The notes: a model not told the origin generated them from the sequence alone. DNA of 64,000 nt from Flavobacteriales bacterium (GCA_013204105.1 JABMOM010000002.1:562-64561); one strand, 5' to 3'. Numbered from the stretch's first letter, positions 1-10,143 are shown. Made by a program: numbers and translations.

Positions 1-770
1 GAGAGACCCGTTTTCTTGATCCATCGCAATACGAGCATGCTGACGTATACGGCGAACACTGGTGGCGTGTTGAACATGGACTCACTTGCAGCGTGTGTCT
101 TGAGGTCGAGCATCGTAGGGATATCCAATGAAGACTTACCGATGGCATCCTTCTTCACAATGTAAAGCGTGGTACCGGCAGGGCCCATGTTCTTTTGGGC
201 GCCAGCGTAAATCAGGTCAAACTTAGATGCGTCTAGTTCGCGGCAAAAGATATCAGACGACATATCGCATACGAGAGGAACATCAGTTTCAGGCACTCCG
301 TGGAACTGAGTTCCGAAAATGGTATTGTTCGACGTGTAATGCAGGTAATCGCTTCCCGATGGCACTGCATATCCTTTGGGAATATAATTGAAGTTCTGAT
401 CCGCAGAAGAACCCACCTCTACTGCGCCGCTCAACCATTTTGCTTCTTTAAACGCCTTCTTCGCCCACGCACCCGTTGTGATGTAGGCGGGACGCTTATT
501 GTCACGCATCATATTGTATCCACTCATAAGGAAGCCGAGGCTGGCCCCTCCTTGAAGGAATAGCGCTTCATAATCATCCCCCAAACTATAGATGTCTTTC
601 ACGAGCTGAGAAGCTTCGTCCATCACGGCGACGAAATCCTTGCTTCGGTGACTCATCTCTAGGATAGAGAGACCGGTGCCATTGAAATCGAGCACCGCTT
701 GGGATGCCTCTTGAAATACCTCTTGTGGTAGTATGCTGGGGCCAGCACTGAAGTTGTGAACCTTTGCCAT
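1..770 (-). CDS. serC: phosphoserine aminotransferase (C-terminal part runs off the window edge)
   Basis: My reverse-strand translation from the ATG at 770-768 reads MAKVHNFSAGPSILPQEVFQEASQAVLDFNGTGLSILEMSHRSKDFVAVMDEASQLV, a canonical SerC N-terminus. I translated about 55 codons (down to ~603) without a stop; openness to position 1 is assumed, not checked. It is missing from the ORF track, presumably because it has no stop in the window. Confidence 0.88.
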   Translation of the reverse strand, partial: MAKVHNFSAGPSILPQEVFQEASQAVLDFNGTGLSILEMSHRSKDFVAVMDEASQLVKDIYSLGDDYEALFLQGGASLGFLMSGYNMMRDNKRPAYITTGAWAKKAFKEAKWLSGAVEVGSSADQNFNYIPKGYAVPSGSDYLHYTSNNTIFGTQFHGVPETDVPLVCDMSSDIFCRELDASKFDLIYAGAQKNMGPAGTTLYIVKKDAIGKSSLDIPTMLDLKTHAASESMFNTPPVFAVYVSMLVLRWIKKTGL

Positions 771-860
771 TGTAGTTTGATTTTAACGCGACGAAATTGT
801 GAAATTTTTGCCGGACTACGTAGCATTTCAGCCAGCATCAACAATTAAATCAAGCTCGCT

Positions 861-1310
861 TCAGATGTCAGACTTGCTCGCTTGGATCAATGTGCTTCCT
901 TGTGGCGCATCCGAGACAGGATCCAAACGGATGGAAATCAATTCTACCAGCATTTCCCCTTCGCCCGCATAGCCTGCGCCAGCATAGGTTTGCTCGGGAA
1001 TCGCAAACCGAGACTGGTTATCAAAGTCGAAGAAGAGGCCCAAGGAATCCGCCAGCATTTGATCAGGAGATTCCCCGATGAAAAGATGAAAACCAATTCG
1101 AACAGTGCCTCTATCATTTGTGGCGGTCCCACGATAGTATCCAACATAGGAAGTAAGGGAACTCCGATCGCAGCGGTCTCCTTCGTACCACAGATCACAT
1201 GCACAGGCCTTTTTGATACATGTGCCATTCATGCAACCATCGCGACATCGGCTGCAGGCGCTCCATTGGAGCGCGAACAAGGCCAGGATAATTGTGATTA
1301 TTCCGCGCAT
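861..1310 (-). CDS. small putative lipoprotein with one EGF-like cysteine module, otherwise uncharacterised
   Basis: ORF 861..1346(-). The internal Met at 1310 gives signal peptide MRGIITIILALFALQWSAC. Then six Cys spaced C-x3-C-x4-C-x4-C-x-C-x8-C, including CACDLWYEGDRC (C-x-C-x5-G-x2-C). Confidence 0.6.
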   Translation of the reverse strand: MRGIITIILALFALQWSACSRCRDGCMNGTCIKKACACDLWYEGDRCDRSSLTSYVGYYRGTATNDRGTVRIGFHLFIGESPDQMLADSLGLFFDFDNQSRFAIPEQTYAGAGYAGEGEMLVELISIRLDPVSDAPQGSTLIQASKSDI

Positions 1311-1362
1311 ATGCTCTTTAGACGTAGCACTTCGAAATAAGTGCACCGTAAAGATGCATCAT

Positions 1363-1983
1363 TCACCTTTCAAGCTGCAAGGAATGCAACAGCGCCTCGG
1401 TCAGTTCATTTTGAATTGCTTGCTGCTTGTCCCTCGCATACCACAATTGCAGCTCCTTTGTCAATTCACTGTATGGCTGCTTCGGCGCTTTCATGTACTT
1501 ATAAGTCATTGCTTTCTCTTGTGGTTCTGATGGTCGCGGACCAAAGCATCCCAACAAATGAAAGCTTTGTTTATCAAGGATCAGCACCATCGGAATGGAA
1601 CGCCCGCCTTGGGTCAGGTGCTGGTCCATGATAGCAGGGTTCTCATCGCGCAGCAGGTAACGCGATGCAATGCTAGTTGCTTTCGTCAAAGCCTCGACAA
1701 CGGGCACGATTTGGGCAGCATCTCCACACCAACCATCGGTCAAGGTCAGCAGGGAAACCTGATCCGCAACACTTTTTATGCGCTTTAGCACTCCAGGTGT
1801 TGGCTGGAACGTCTTGTCGATCCTGGACATACGCTGCACATTCAACTGCGTGAAAGACACAAGGCTTTGGGATTGCTTATCGCCGGTCGTCTTGTTGGCT
1901 AACAACAAATCATCGATCAGGCCACGATACTCGGCGTAATCCATGGCCTCCTCCCAGCCTTGCTTGTACAATTGTGTTTTCAT
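1363..1983 (-). CDS. thioredoxin-fold family protein
   Basis: 206-aa ORF with TDGWCGDAAQIVPV in the thioredoxin active-site position and ...IPMVLILD... further on. It resembles the Bacteroidota thioredoxin-family proteins. Confidence 0.65.
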   Translation of the reverse strand: MKTQLYKQGWEEAMDYAEYRGLIDDLLLANKTTGDKQSQSLVSFTQLNVQRMSRIDKTFQPTPGVLKRIKSVADQVSLLTLTDGWCGDAAQIVPVVEALTKATSIASRYLLRDENPAIMDQHLTQGGRSIPMVLILDKQSFHLLGCFGPRPSEPQEKAMTYKYMKAPKQPYSELTKELQLWYARDKQQAIQNELTEALLHSLQLER

Positions 1984-2015
1984 GCCCGTACTGACGCCTA
2001 GCCGACGCCATTCTT

Positions 2016-3119
2016 TCAGTTGATCATATCCGCTACTTCCTCACCAATGAATCCGGCTAAGGCGATGCCCATTCCGCTCATTTTCAGAGCAACGAGCAAG
2101 CCATCATCTGTGTGCTGAACGATTGGCAATTTTTCTTTTCCAAACGCCATGATCCCACTCCATCGCTGGTCTACCTCCCATGCTAGGTCTGGACCAAATA
2201 TGCGCTTCAACTCCGACGCTAAGTGTTGTTGCACTTCATCGGTCACCTCGAAGTCATGTGTCCGTTCCTGCTCAAAGAAATGATTTCTGGCACCTCCAAA
2301 GAGAAGTCTATCCCCGACGTTTCGGAGGTAGTAAAACCCCTCATCAACGTGCAAATTTCCTTTGAATTTCAATCCTTCAATGGGTTTGGTGATGAACACT
2401 TGGCCGCGACCAGGTTCCACATCGACGTCGATCAGCGCGCGCGCAAAGGCATTCGTGCAAACGACAACCTTTCCGGTGCGCACGTCGAAGGTTCCACGGT
2501 GGGAATCGCGCACCTCCACCCGATCCGAGGCTACATGCAGCACCTCCGCTCCTGTCCGAACGATTACACCCAAGGAGGTGACGTAGGATTCAAGTGCCGC
2601 CATCAGGTCTCCCGAATGTACTTGTCCTTCTTGGGCCATTGAATAGAGGCTTCCATCCGCGAGGATCCCCATATCCGTCTTTCTAGCTGATGTATTCGTG
2701 ATGTATTCAGGCAAGAAGTCATCCACCAATTGATTGACGGACGCGACACGCTCGATGGCGGAACGACTTGATTCCGTCACCAGTTCAAAACCACCTGCAT
2801 CTTCGTATCCGATGGCTTTATCGCTAAGCCGTTTTCGGGTGATCTGAAGCCCCATCCAGCGTTGAAAAAGCAATTCCCTTGCTGCCTCTTCCCCCATATG
2901 ATCGATGTCCGAAACGATTTCAGTGAGGCTTCCAAAACAAGCAAATCCCGCATTTCGTGTACTCGCACCGTAAGGCAAGACAGAACGTTCAAGAACGAGT
3001 ATCCGATGATTGGGCTGCTTTTCCTTCAGACTTGCAGCAACCGAAAGACCGGTAATTCCCGCACCAACGATGACTACATCCGCATGCAAAAGCGATTCCC
3101 GCTCCCAAAAACTGATCAC
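2016..3119 (-). CDS. FAD-dependent oxidoreductase (DAO / glycine-D-amino-acid oxidase-like)
   Basis: N-terminal dinucleotide-binding motif DVVIVGAGITGLSVAASL; length 367 aa. Confidence 0.75.
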   Translation of the reverse strand: MISFWERESLLHADVVIVGAGITGLSVAASLKEKQPNHRILVLERSVLPYGASTRNAGFACFGSLTEIVSDIDHMGEEAARELLFQRWMGLQITRKRLSDKAIGYEDAGGFELVTESSRSAIERVASVNQLVDDFLPEYITNTSARKTDMGILADGSLYSMAQEGQVHSGDLMAALESYVTSLGVIVRTGAEVLHVASDRVEVRDSHRGTFDVRTGKVVVCTNAFARALIDVDVEPGRGQVFITKPIEGLKFKGNLHVDEGFYYLRNVGDRLLFGGARNHFFEQERTHDFEVTDEVQQHLASELKRIFGPDLAWEVDQRWSGIMAFGKEKLPIVQHTDDGLLVALKMSGMGIALAGFIGEEVADMIN

Positions 3120-3122
3120 AGA

Positions 3123-3824
3123 TCAAAAAGGATTGGTGGCATGCACGGTCAGCTCAGGTATGAACCCGCGATCGTCCATTTCCAAGGCTGAGACAATGGC
3201 ATGGGCAATCTCCTCGCCACGCAATTTATTGGACACTTCCTCACGCTCCATCCTTCCAGGCTGTGCAAACGCGGTCGTAACCTCAGATGGATTCACTCCG
3301 ATCACACGAATATTGAAAGGCCTAAGCTCAGCTTGCCAGCATTGGGTCAATCCCCGCAACGCAAACTTGGATGTACTGTAGATTCCGCCACCCGCATAGC
3401 CTTTCAGCGCTGCTGTAGAAGCGATATTGACGATGTTGCCGTACTGCTTATCCTTGAAATACTGCGCAGCGGCTTGCCCCATCATCGCTGCACCAAAAAC
3501 ATTTGTACGATAGACGTCCTCGAAGTCTTGCCAAGTGTAATCACCTACTTTACGCACCCAACCGTGCCCAGCGTTATTGATCAAACCGTGCAGGCTTCCG
3601 AATGCATCCAGCGTCTCTTTCATCGTGCGTTCGATGCCAGCCTCCGTAGATACATCCGCATGGATCGCAAGTGCCCCCACTTCGCCCGCAGTCTTCTCTA
3701 ATTTTTCCTTATCCCTTCCCGTAATCGAAACCTTGGCGCCACGTGCGACTAATTGCTGCGCGGTTGCCTTTCCAATTCCAGAACTTCCTCCGGTAACGAT
3801 GAACACTTTGTCTTTGAAAATCAT
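3123..3824 (-). CDS. short-chain dehydrogenase/reductase (SDR)
   Basis: TGGSSGIGKA cofactor motif, NNAG, and catalytic YSTSK (YxxxK). The start overlaps the upstream kinase stop as ATGA (3821-3824). Confidence 0.85.
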   Translation of the reverse strand: MIFKDKVFIVTGGSSGIGKATAQQLVARGAKVSITGRDKEKLEKTAGEVGALAIHADVSTEAGIERTMKETLDAFGSLHGLINNAGHGWVRKVGDYTWQDFEDVYRTNVFGAAMMGQAAAQYFKDKQYGNIVNIASTAALKGYAGGGIYSTSKFALRGLTQCWQAELRPFNIRVIGVNPSEVTTAFAQPGRMEREEVSNKLRGEEIAHAIVSALEMDDRGFIPELTVHATNPF

Positions 3825-5887
3825 GTGTGTGTTTCTGTTATCAATTGATTAATTACCTCAATGAGTTTTTCTTTACTCACTGGTTTGGTTAGATAGTATT
3901 GAATGCCAACTTGTTTGGATTGTTCAATGGCCTCCTTCGTGACGTTCGCAGAGAGCATCAAAATGCGCGCTTTTTCATCCATTTGAAGGATGAGTTTAGA
4001 CGCGGTCAGCCCATCCATCACAGGCATGTGCAAGTCCATGATCACCAGGTCGTATGTATCCTCGCCGAACGCATTCACTCCCTTCTCCCCATCTTCAACC
4101 GCGTGCCACTTGAATCCGAGGTTTTCCACCATTTTGCTCACTACCAAAACGTTGAGCTGATTGTCCTCCACGATGAGGCAACGCATTCCAGAGAAGTCAG
4201 TTCTCAATACAGGCTCCACATACTCGCTTTGGGCTTGGGCGGTAATATCATCTTGGAAATTCAAGGTAACTACAAACTCGGTCCCCTTGCCCACTTCACT
4301 GGTGACAACGATGTCCCCTCCCATCAATTTTACCAACTCATAATTAATGGAAAGTCCTAGTCCAGTTCCAGAGTATCGCTTTCTAAATCCGCTATCGAGT
4401 TGGGAAAACCGCTCGAAAATCTGAGCAAGGCGATCATTGGGTATGCCGATGCCGGTATCCTTAACACGCACCATTACCTCCACCTCTTCACCTCGTTGGG
4501 CATAGTGCTCATAAAAGATAGAGACAGAGCCCTCATCTGTGAACTTCAATGCATTTTGGATGAAATTGGAAATGATCTGTGCAAATTTCACTTCATCTCC
4601 CGTTACCCATACCTTGGAGTCTTCGGGAGTCTCAAACTTCAGTGCTACGCCTTTTTGGCTGAAGCCTTGTTGAAAAATCTGCGTTAGTGCTTCGATCTTT
4701 TTGACGGGCTGAAATCGCTCTTGCTGCACCGTGACCAAACCAGCCTCAATGCGGTCGATGTCCAGAATATTGTTGAGCAAACCAAGCAAATTAGCGGTAG
4801 AGTGCTTGAGCAATTCGATGTATTCCGTTTGCTTCGTTTCGTTTTTATTCTCAGAAACCAACTGGATCAATCCTTGAATGATGTTCAAGGGAGTCCGGAT
4901 TTCATGGCTCATATTACTCAGAAATTCAGACTTCACACGTGAACCTTCTTCAGCACGTTCCTTTTCCAACTCCAAGGTTTCGTTCAGGGTTTCTAAGCGT
5001 TCGTTGATCGCCTTGGTAGCCTTTTCTTGTCGATTAGTCTTCAGGATGAAGTAAAGCGCTATGGAGAGTGTAAGTCCTAAAAATAGCGATAGCGCCAGAG
5101 AGATGGAACTGTTCAGGCGCGCGTATTCAGTAAAGAAATGTTTCGTTGGATAGAATTTCATCTTCCACCAAAGGGAATTATCGTTGTTCACGTTGATCAA
5201 TCCATTGAATACGAACTCTTCCTTTACCTCTATTTGCTCACAAGTAGCAGGATCTGAACAGTAAAATTGAACCTCGCTTTGATCATATAAGTGGATGTGG
5301 TAATTCGCGTTGTCCTCGAAGAAATGGTTGATGTCATGGGTGAAGTCGAATCCTGCGGTAATCGTCCCATAGAACACGCTGTCTATCCAAACCGGCGAAT
5401 CCATGAGAAAGGCTTGCCCCCCCTGTAACAAATTCACCCAAGACGTAACATTCAAACGCTTTTCGCGCACCGCATTGCGCCAAGGTTCTACTCGATAGTC
5501 GACCGTAGAAAGATCAAGCTGATGCACATCTCGATTACGCTTGAACGGAACCACATCTTGAATGATCATGTTCGAGTCTATCCACTCTATGAAGAGAATG
5601 GACGAATCAAGGCGAACCAGCTGCAGTGCATCTTGTTGCCAAAAGGACATGAAATCTCCTCGCGTGAATTGAATGCGATTGGAGAAATTCTTGAGCTGAT
5701 CGATGTCGGTGTTGATGGTTCCCCAAATCCTACTGCGCGTATTTTCACCCAGCGTATTGATCGTTTCGCGGTGCTCCTGTTCTATATCCTGCTGGTACTG
5801 TAGCCAAATCCAAAGCGAACCCGTTGTGGTCAGCACGAAGACCGCGAAGCTTAGCAAGAGATGAAGAAAGAGGGGCCGCTGTTGCAC
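3821..5887 (-). CDS. hybrid sensor histidine kinase / response regulator
   Basis: N-terminal TM segment, roughly 250-aa extracytoplasmic region, second TM and a coiled coil. H-box SHEIRTPLN; ATPase boxes DTGIGIP and GTGLGLS; C-terminal receiver LIVEDNQLN...DLVIMDLHMPVMDG. Confidence 0.85.
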   Translation of the reverse strand: MQQRPLFLHLLLSFAVFVLTTTGSLWIWLQYQQDIEQEHRETINTLGENTRSRIWGTINTDIDQLKNFSNRIQFTRGDFMSFWQQDALQLVRLDSSILFIEWIDSNMIIQDVVPFKRNRDVHQLDLSTVDYRVEPWRNAVREKRLNVTSWVNLLQGGQAFLMDSPVWIDSVFYGTITAGFDFTHDINHFFEDNANYHIHLYDQSEVQFYCSDPATCEQIEVKEEFVFNGLINVNNDNSLWWKMKFYPTKHFFTEYARLNSSISLALSLFLGLTLSIALYFILKTNRQEKATKAINERLETLNETLELEKERAEEGSRVKSEFLSNMSHEIRTPLNIIQGLIQLVSENKNETKQTEYIELLKHSTANLLGLLNNILDIDRIEAGLVTVQQERFQPVKKIEALTQIFQQGFSQKGVALKFETPEDSKVWVTGDEVKFAQIISNFIQNALKFTDEGSVSIFYEHYAQRGEEVEVMVRVKDTGIGIPNDRLAQIFERFSQLDSGFRKRYSGTGLGLSINYELVKLMGGDIVVTSEVGKGTEFVVTLNFQDDITAQAQSEYVEPVLRTDFSGMRCLIVEDNQLNVLVVSKMVENLGFKWHAVEDGEKGVNAFGEDTYDLVIMDLHMPVMDGLTASKLILQMDEKARILMLSANVTKEAIEQSKQVGIQYYLTKPVSKEKLIEVINQLITETHT

Positions 5888-5908
5888 AGTTTAATTCGAG
5901 GTTTGTTG

Positions 5909-6670
5909 TTAATGTCTTACGAAGACCCAATCGTCTTCATTACTAAGTTTCGGAGAATAAGTATACAATTCAAAGGCTTTCAGGTCTTCAGGGTTTGTGA
6001 TGCGATTTTGAATAATGAATCGAGTCATGGCACCTCGTGCGTGTTTTGCCCAAGTCATGACTACCTTATATTCTCCATTCTTCCCATCCTTGAATACGGG
6101 AGTAATCACCCTGCCCTTCACGCGACGCATGTCGATTGCTTTTGAATACTCGTTTGACGCCAAATTCACAAGCACTTCTGTGCCCGTCGAATCCAAGGCG
6201 TCATTCAAAGACTTGGTCACCTTATCCTTCCAGAATTCGTATAAATTTTTCTTACGCCTCACCGGTAGAGATGTGCCCATTTCCAAACGATAGGGTCGGA
6301 TGCGATCCAATGGACGTAAGAGTCCATGCAGGCCGCTTAAAATCCGGACGTGTTCTTGGCTAAACATGAGATCATCGTGTGACATTTCTTTTGCACCCAA
6401 GCCACGATAGACTTCACCGCTGAAGGTCAGTATCGCTGGACGTGATGCTTCGTTATCAAAGTTAGGCTCCCACTCCTGATAGCGCATGACGTTTAATTCT
6501 GTCAAGTCTTTGTTCAGGTTCATGAGTGCCGAAACCTTCTTTTTACTCAAGGTCTTGAGCTTGCCGATGAGTTGAGTGGACTCATCCACAAAATCCGGTT
6601 GCGAGAATGCCATCTCCGGCAATGCTGCATCAAAATCAAGGGTTTTAGCAGGTGAAAGAATCGTAATCAT
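5909..6670 (-). CDS. yaaA: peroxide stress protein YaaA (UPF0246)
   Basis: MITILSPAKTLDFD N-terminus and a 253-aa length typical of the YaaA family. Confidence 0.82.
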   Translation of the reverse strand: MITILSPAKTLDFDAALPEMAFSQPDFVDESTQLIGKLKTLSKKKVSALMNLNKDLTELNVMRYQEWEPNFDNEASRPAILTFSGEVYRGLGAKEMSHDDLMFSQEHVRILSGLHGLLRPLDRIRPYRLEMGTSLPVRRKKNLYEFWKDKVTKSLNDALDSTGTEVLVNLASNEYSKAIDMRRVKGRVITPVFKDGKNGEYKVVMTWAKHARGAMTRFIIQNRITNPEDLKAFELYTYSPKLSNEDDWVFVRH

Positions 6671-6794
6671 AGGTCTGTGATATCAAAGGTAACACGGACA
6701 CAGCGAAGAAGTTTGCACGTTGGGAAAGTGATCAGAAGGGTGTGCTCTTTTGCCGTTCTTTTTGACCAAATACGAAAAGCCATATCGGGTAATA

Positions 6795-7820
6795 TTAGAT
6801 GTCTAATCCATCCAGCCAATCAAAGAGGTCCTGCATAGCCTGTGCATGTTCATCATACCATTGCTGGGATGACGGGTACATTGACATTCGAATGAAATGG
6901 TAGAAGCTGGTCATGTGTTCACTCTCGGCCACGGCGCCGAAAAAGGGGATATAGTAATTCGTAAAGAAGTCATCCCGCTTTCCTAGGTCGAGCTCGGCCA
7001 TGAAACGTAAAAAGGAGGACATGACCTCTACGTCAATCTCTTCCTCCGTCAATGTATCGTATTTCTCCAAGTACCTCGATGCTTCGAGCATGGACATCAT
7101 CAATTCCGCGCTGCGAATTGCCTGGCCTTCCCCTTTCTGCCCTACCGTCATTGTGATGCCCGTGGTGGTGTCATTTTCACGGACTACACCTGCCCCAAAC
7201 GCCTGCTCTACGCTCTGATAAACGATTGCAGAACGTTCACTGTTGGGGTCTAGTAAGGCACAGAAAAGAAGCGGATAAACTGCCTCCACCCTTCTGTCTT
7301 GTGCGAGTAAAATCCTTCCCAATGCAAAGTGGCTATTGGTGTGATCCAACTTATTATTGACCGCTTTTACGAAAGCCTCCTCTGCCTTCTCAAAGTCCTC
7401 ATGCCCCGTAGCCGTCACTCCGATGTTGTACCAGATCAAGAAATAATCACCGAAGGTTTTGATCCCTTTTTCTAAGGTTTTGAGCGACCGCTTGTAGTCT
7501 CCCGTTTGATCGTAGACGCTTCCAAGTAAGATGACTGCTTGCAGTCCACTCTCTGACTCCTCCGCCGCAGCAACTGAGGCATAGGCTATGGTCTTGTCGT
7601 AGTCTTCCTTGTAATAATGACTCAGTGCCAGCTCGTAGTTGACAAAAGCATCCTTTGGTTTTAGCGCAAGCGCCTGTTCATATTCGGTGATTGCCGCATC
7701 GTAATGACCTTGATCATGCAGCTCAATACCGCGCGTCATGATCTCCTGCACCACTGAATCCTGGGCATAAAGACCCATAGAAACGAAGGAAATCAGGAAA
7801 GTGAAGACAAGCTTCCGCAT
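6795..7820 (-). CDS. secreted tetratricopeptide-repeat protein
   Basis: Signal peptide MRKLVFTFLISFVSMGLYAQ, then TPR-like repeats (GHYDAAITEYEQALALKPKD...). Confidence 0.6.
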   Translation of the reverse strand: MRKLVFTFLISFVSMGLYAQDSVVQEIMTRGIELHDQGHYDAAITEYEQALALKPKDAFVNYELALSHYYKEDYDKTIAYASVAAAEESESGLQAVILLGSVYDQTGDYKRSLKTLEKGIKTFGDYFLIWYNIGVTATGHEDFEKAEEAFVKAVNNKLDHTNSHFALGRILLAQDRRVEAVYPLLFCALLDPNSERSAIVYQSVEQAFGAGVVRENDTTTGITMTVGQKGEGQAIRSAELMMSMLEASRYLEKYDTLTEEEIDVEVMSSFLRFMAELDLGKRDDFFTNYYIPFFGAVAESEHMTSFYHFIRMSMYPSSQQWYDEHAQAMQDLFDWLDGLDI

Positions 7821-7822
7821 TC

Positions 7823-9277
7823 TTAGGCCTTGGGTATGCGCTGAAGTGTTTCAAGGAGCAATGTCCAGTACTTCTGTACCGAACTGATCTGCACGCATTC
7901 ATCCGGCGAGTGAGCGCCTCGGATGTTTGGACCGAACGAAATCATCTCCATTTCGGGATAGTTCGTTCCTAATATTCCGCATTCCAAGCCTGCGTGGCAG
8001 GCCATCACGTGCGCATCTTCACTGAACAAATCCTTATAAAGATTGCTCATCACACCCACAATCTCCGCATCTGGACGAGGTGTCCAACCCGGATAACTTC
8101 CCCCAAACTCGACCTTTCCGCCAATGAGTTCAAAGAGCGCTTTGATCGTGTTGGCTTCATCCATTTTTTCTGAATCTACAGAGCTCCGTGTGAGGCACTG
8201 TGCACTATAATGTCCATCCTCGACAAGCACGCGTGCCAAATTATTGGATGTTTGAACGAGTCCTTCAATCTCAGGGCTCATACGCCAAATACCAACCGGA
8301 CACACGGCGATGGCGCGGATGAAGTTCTTCGCAAACTCATTCGTCAACGCCTTGTTTGGCATCTCGGTTTTCTCCATATGGAGGGCAAGGTTTGGATCCG
8401 TGCTTCTGTATTCATCCTGCAACAATGCCTGCAATTCTTTGACATGGACATGTAGAGCCTCATCATTGTGTACCCCAATCACTGCGAATGATTCGCGCGG
8501 AATAGCATTGCGCAAGCTTCCGCCGTCAATTTTGGCGATCTGCAGATCCACGTTGTCGTTGATCTCCGCCAAAACGCGATTGATTCCTTTGTTGGCATTT
8601 GCCCTTCCACGATGGATATCCATTCCTGAGTGACCTCCAGTTAACCCATTCAGGGTCAACTTATACCAACTACGGGTATCGTCCGCGTGCTGCTCGATGT
8701 AATGCCCCGTAGCGGTCACGTCGATCCCTCCAGCACATCCTATGGTTAATTCATCGTCGTCCTCGGTATCAAGATTGAGCAGTATCTCTCCATCGAGTAA
8801 ACCACCTTTAAGGCCCATGGCGCCGGTCATACCCGTTTCTTCATCGATCGTAAACAAGGCTTCGATCGGAGGGTGAGAGATGTCATTTGAACTCAAGAGT
8901 GCCATGATCGAGGCAACGCCAATGCCGTTGTCGGCCCCGAGCGTAGTGCCATCTGCACGCACCCAGTCGCCATCCACGTACATGCGAATGCCTTCCGTGT
9001 TAAAGTCAAAATTGGTCGCATTGTTCTTTTGGTGCACCATGTCCAAGTGACTTTGGAGCACGATGGTCTTGCGGTCTTCCATACCGCTCGACGCTGGCTT
9101 CTTGATGATTACATTCCCTACTTCATCCACATAAGTCGGAAACCCAAGGTCTTCTCCAAATTTCTTCGCAAACGCGATCACTCTCTCTTCTTTCTTGGAT
9201 GGACGCGGAACTGCGTTGAGGTCTGCAAAATGGTTCCACATGACTGTGGGTTCCAATGCTCTTACTTCTGCACTCAT
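7823..9277 (-). CDS. pepD: aminoacyl-histidine (Xaa-His) dipeptidase, M20C
   Basis: N-terminus LEPTVMWNHFADLNAVPRPSKKEERV; metal-ligand regions SHLDMV, GADNGIGVA and IDEETGMTGA; 484 aa. Confidence 0.85.
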   Translation of the reverse strand: MSAEVRALEPTVMWNHFADLNAVPRPSKKEERVIAFAKKFGEDLGFPTYVDEVGNVIIKKPASSGMEDRKTIVLQSHLDMVHQKNNATNFDFNTEGIRMYVDGDWVRADGTTLGADNGIGVASIMALLSSNDISHPPIEALFTIDEETGMTGAMGLKGGLLDGEILLNLDTEDDDELTIGCAGGIDVTATGHYIEQHADDTRSWYKLTLNGLTGGHSGMDIHRGRANANKGINRVLAEINDNVDLQIAKIDGGSLRNAIPRESFAVIGVHNDEALHVHVKELQALLQDEYRSTDPNLALHMEKTEMPNKALTNEFAKNFIRAIAVCPVGIWRMSPEIEGLVQTSNNLARVLVEDGHYSAQCLTRSSVDSEKMDEANTIKALFELIGGKVEFGGSYPGWTPRPDAEIVGVMSNLYKDLFSEDAHVMACHAGLECGILGTNYPEMEMISFGPNIRGAHSPDECVQISSVQKYWTLLLETLQRIPKA

Positions 9278-9321
9278 ATTCTCTAGTTTGCCACAATGTT
9301 AAGCCTTACAAAGGTGGAATG

Positions 9322-10143
9322 CTAGCGCCAAGGGATGAATTGACCGATGTCAGCTTGCCAAGCAACCGTGTTCGGTCCGATGCGATGGCTCTCATATCCA
9401 AACTCCTCCAATCTTTCCATGCAAGAGCGGTATTCATGAGGAGCGATATGGGTGTCTTCGAAGACGATGGCAGAGGGTTTGACGGCATTGAGATCTACCA
9501 TTTTGATCACTTCATGGTCAAAGCCTTCCGTGTCGATCATCAGCAAGTCAATCCTGTTGATCTCATGCTCTAGCATTGTCGAAGCAAAACTGCGAACCGC
9601 GATCTCTATTGGAGCAATCCAATCGTCTATACCCTCAGGTGGGGTTATCCCGTATCGCTTCAAGCGCTTGTCTAATCTTCCCTCCTCGATGGTCGTCTCC
9701 AGCACGGTTCGTTCAAAGGTCGACAAGCCCGTTGCCCATCGGTCTTGGTTGAAAGCGATGGTATACAACGCTGCGTTTCCATCTTCGTAACCGATGGCTG
9801 CATTGACCGGATTCACCCGCGGATAGTTGCGGTACACTGGTTTCAAGTAACGGTTGAAAACGGCTGGTTGTGGCTCGAAGAGGATGGCATGCCAATGATC
9901 TCGCTTGATGAATTTATAGACCGGGTCATGGGTCATTCCATCGTTAGCACCCACTTGAACCAAGTAAAAGTCCTTTTTTGATTGAGAAAAAACATCCATG
10001 AAAGCTTCAACCGATTCAGCATCGGGTTTGTAGCGCGTAAAGGTGAACCAACGGTAGATCGGACCATCCATACCAGCGTACCAAAAAAGCAGGTCCCTTG
10101 CCATGTACTTCAGCTTGTATCGGATCTGTTTGAGAAAGCGCAT
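9322..10143 (-). CDS. FkbM-family methyltransferase
   Basis: VQVGANDGMTHDP and IDTEGFDHEVIK motifs. The track ORF extends to 10236 but overlaps lgt. The Met at 10143 forms a TGATG stop/start overlap with lgt and is the more likely start. Confidence 0.68.
   Translation of the reverse strand: MRFLKQIRYKLKYMARDLLFWYAGMDGPIYRWFTFTRYKPDAESVEAFMDVFSQSKKDFYLVQVGANDGMTHDPVYKFIKRDHWHAILFEPQPAVFNRYLKPVYRNYPRVNPVNAAIGYEDGNAALYTIAFNQDRWATGLSTFERTVLETTIEEGRLDKRLKRYGITPPEGIDDWIAPIEIAVRSFASTMLEHEINRIDLLMIDTEGFDHEVIKMVDLNAVKPSAIVFEDTHIAPHEYRSCMERLEEFGYESHRIGPNTVAWQADIGQFIPWR

Noticed and set aside
882-1340. 152-aa plus-strand ORF, and other ORFs, overlapping the EGF-like lipoprotein gene.
   Set aside because: The minus-strand frame has a signal peptide/lipobox and an ordered cysteine pattern. 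The plus-strand product has no such features and would run head-on into neighbouring genes.
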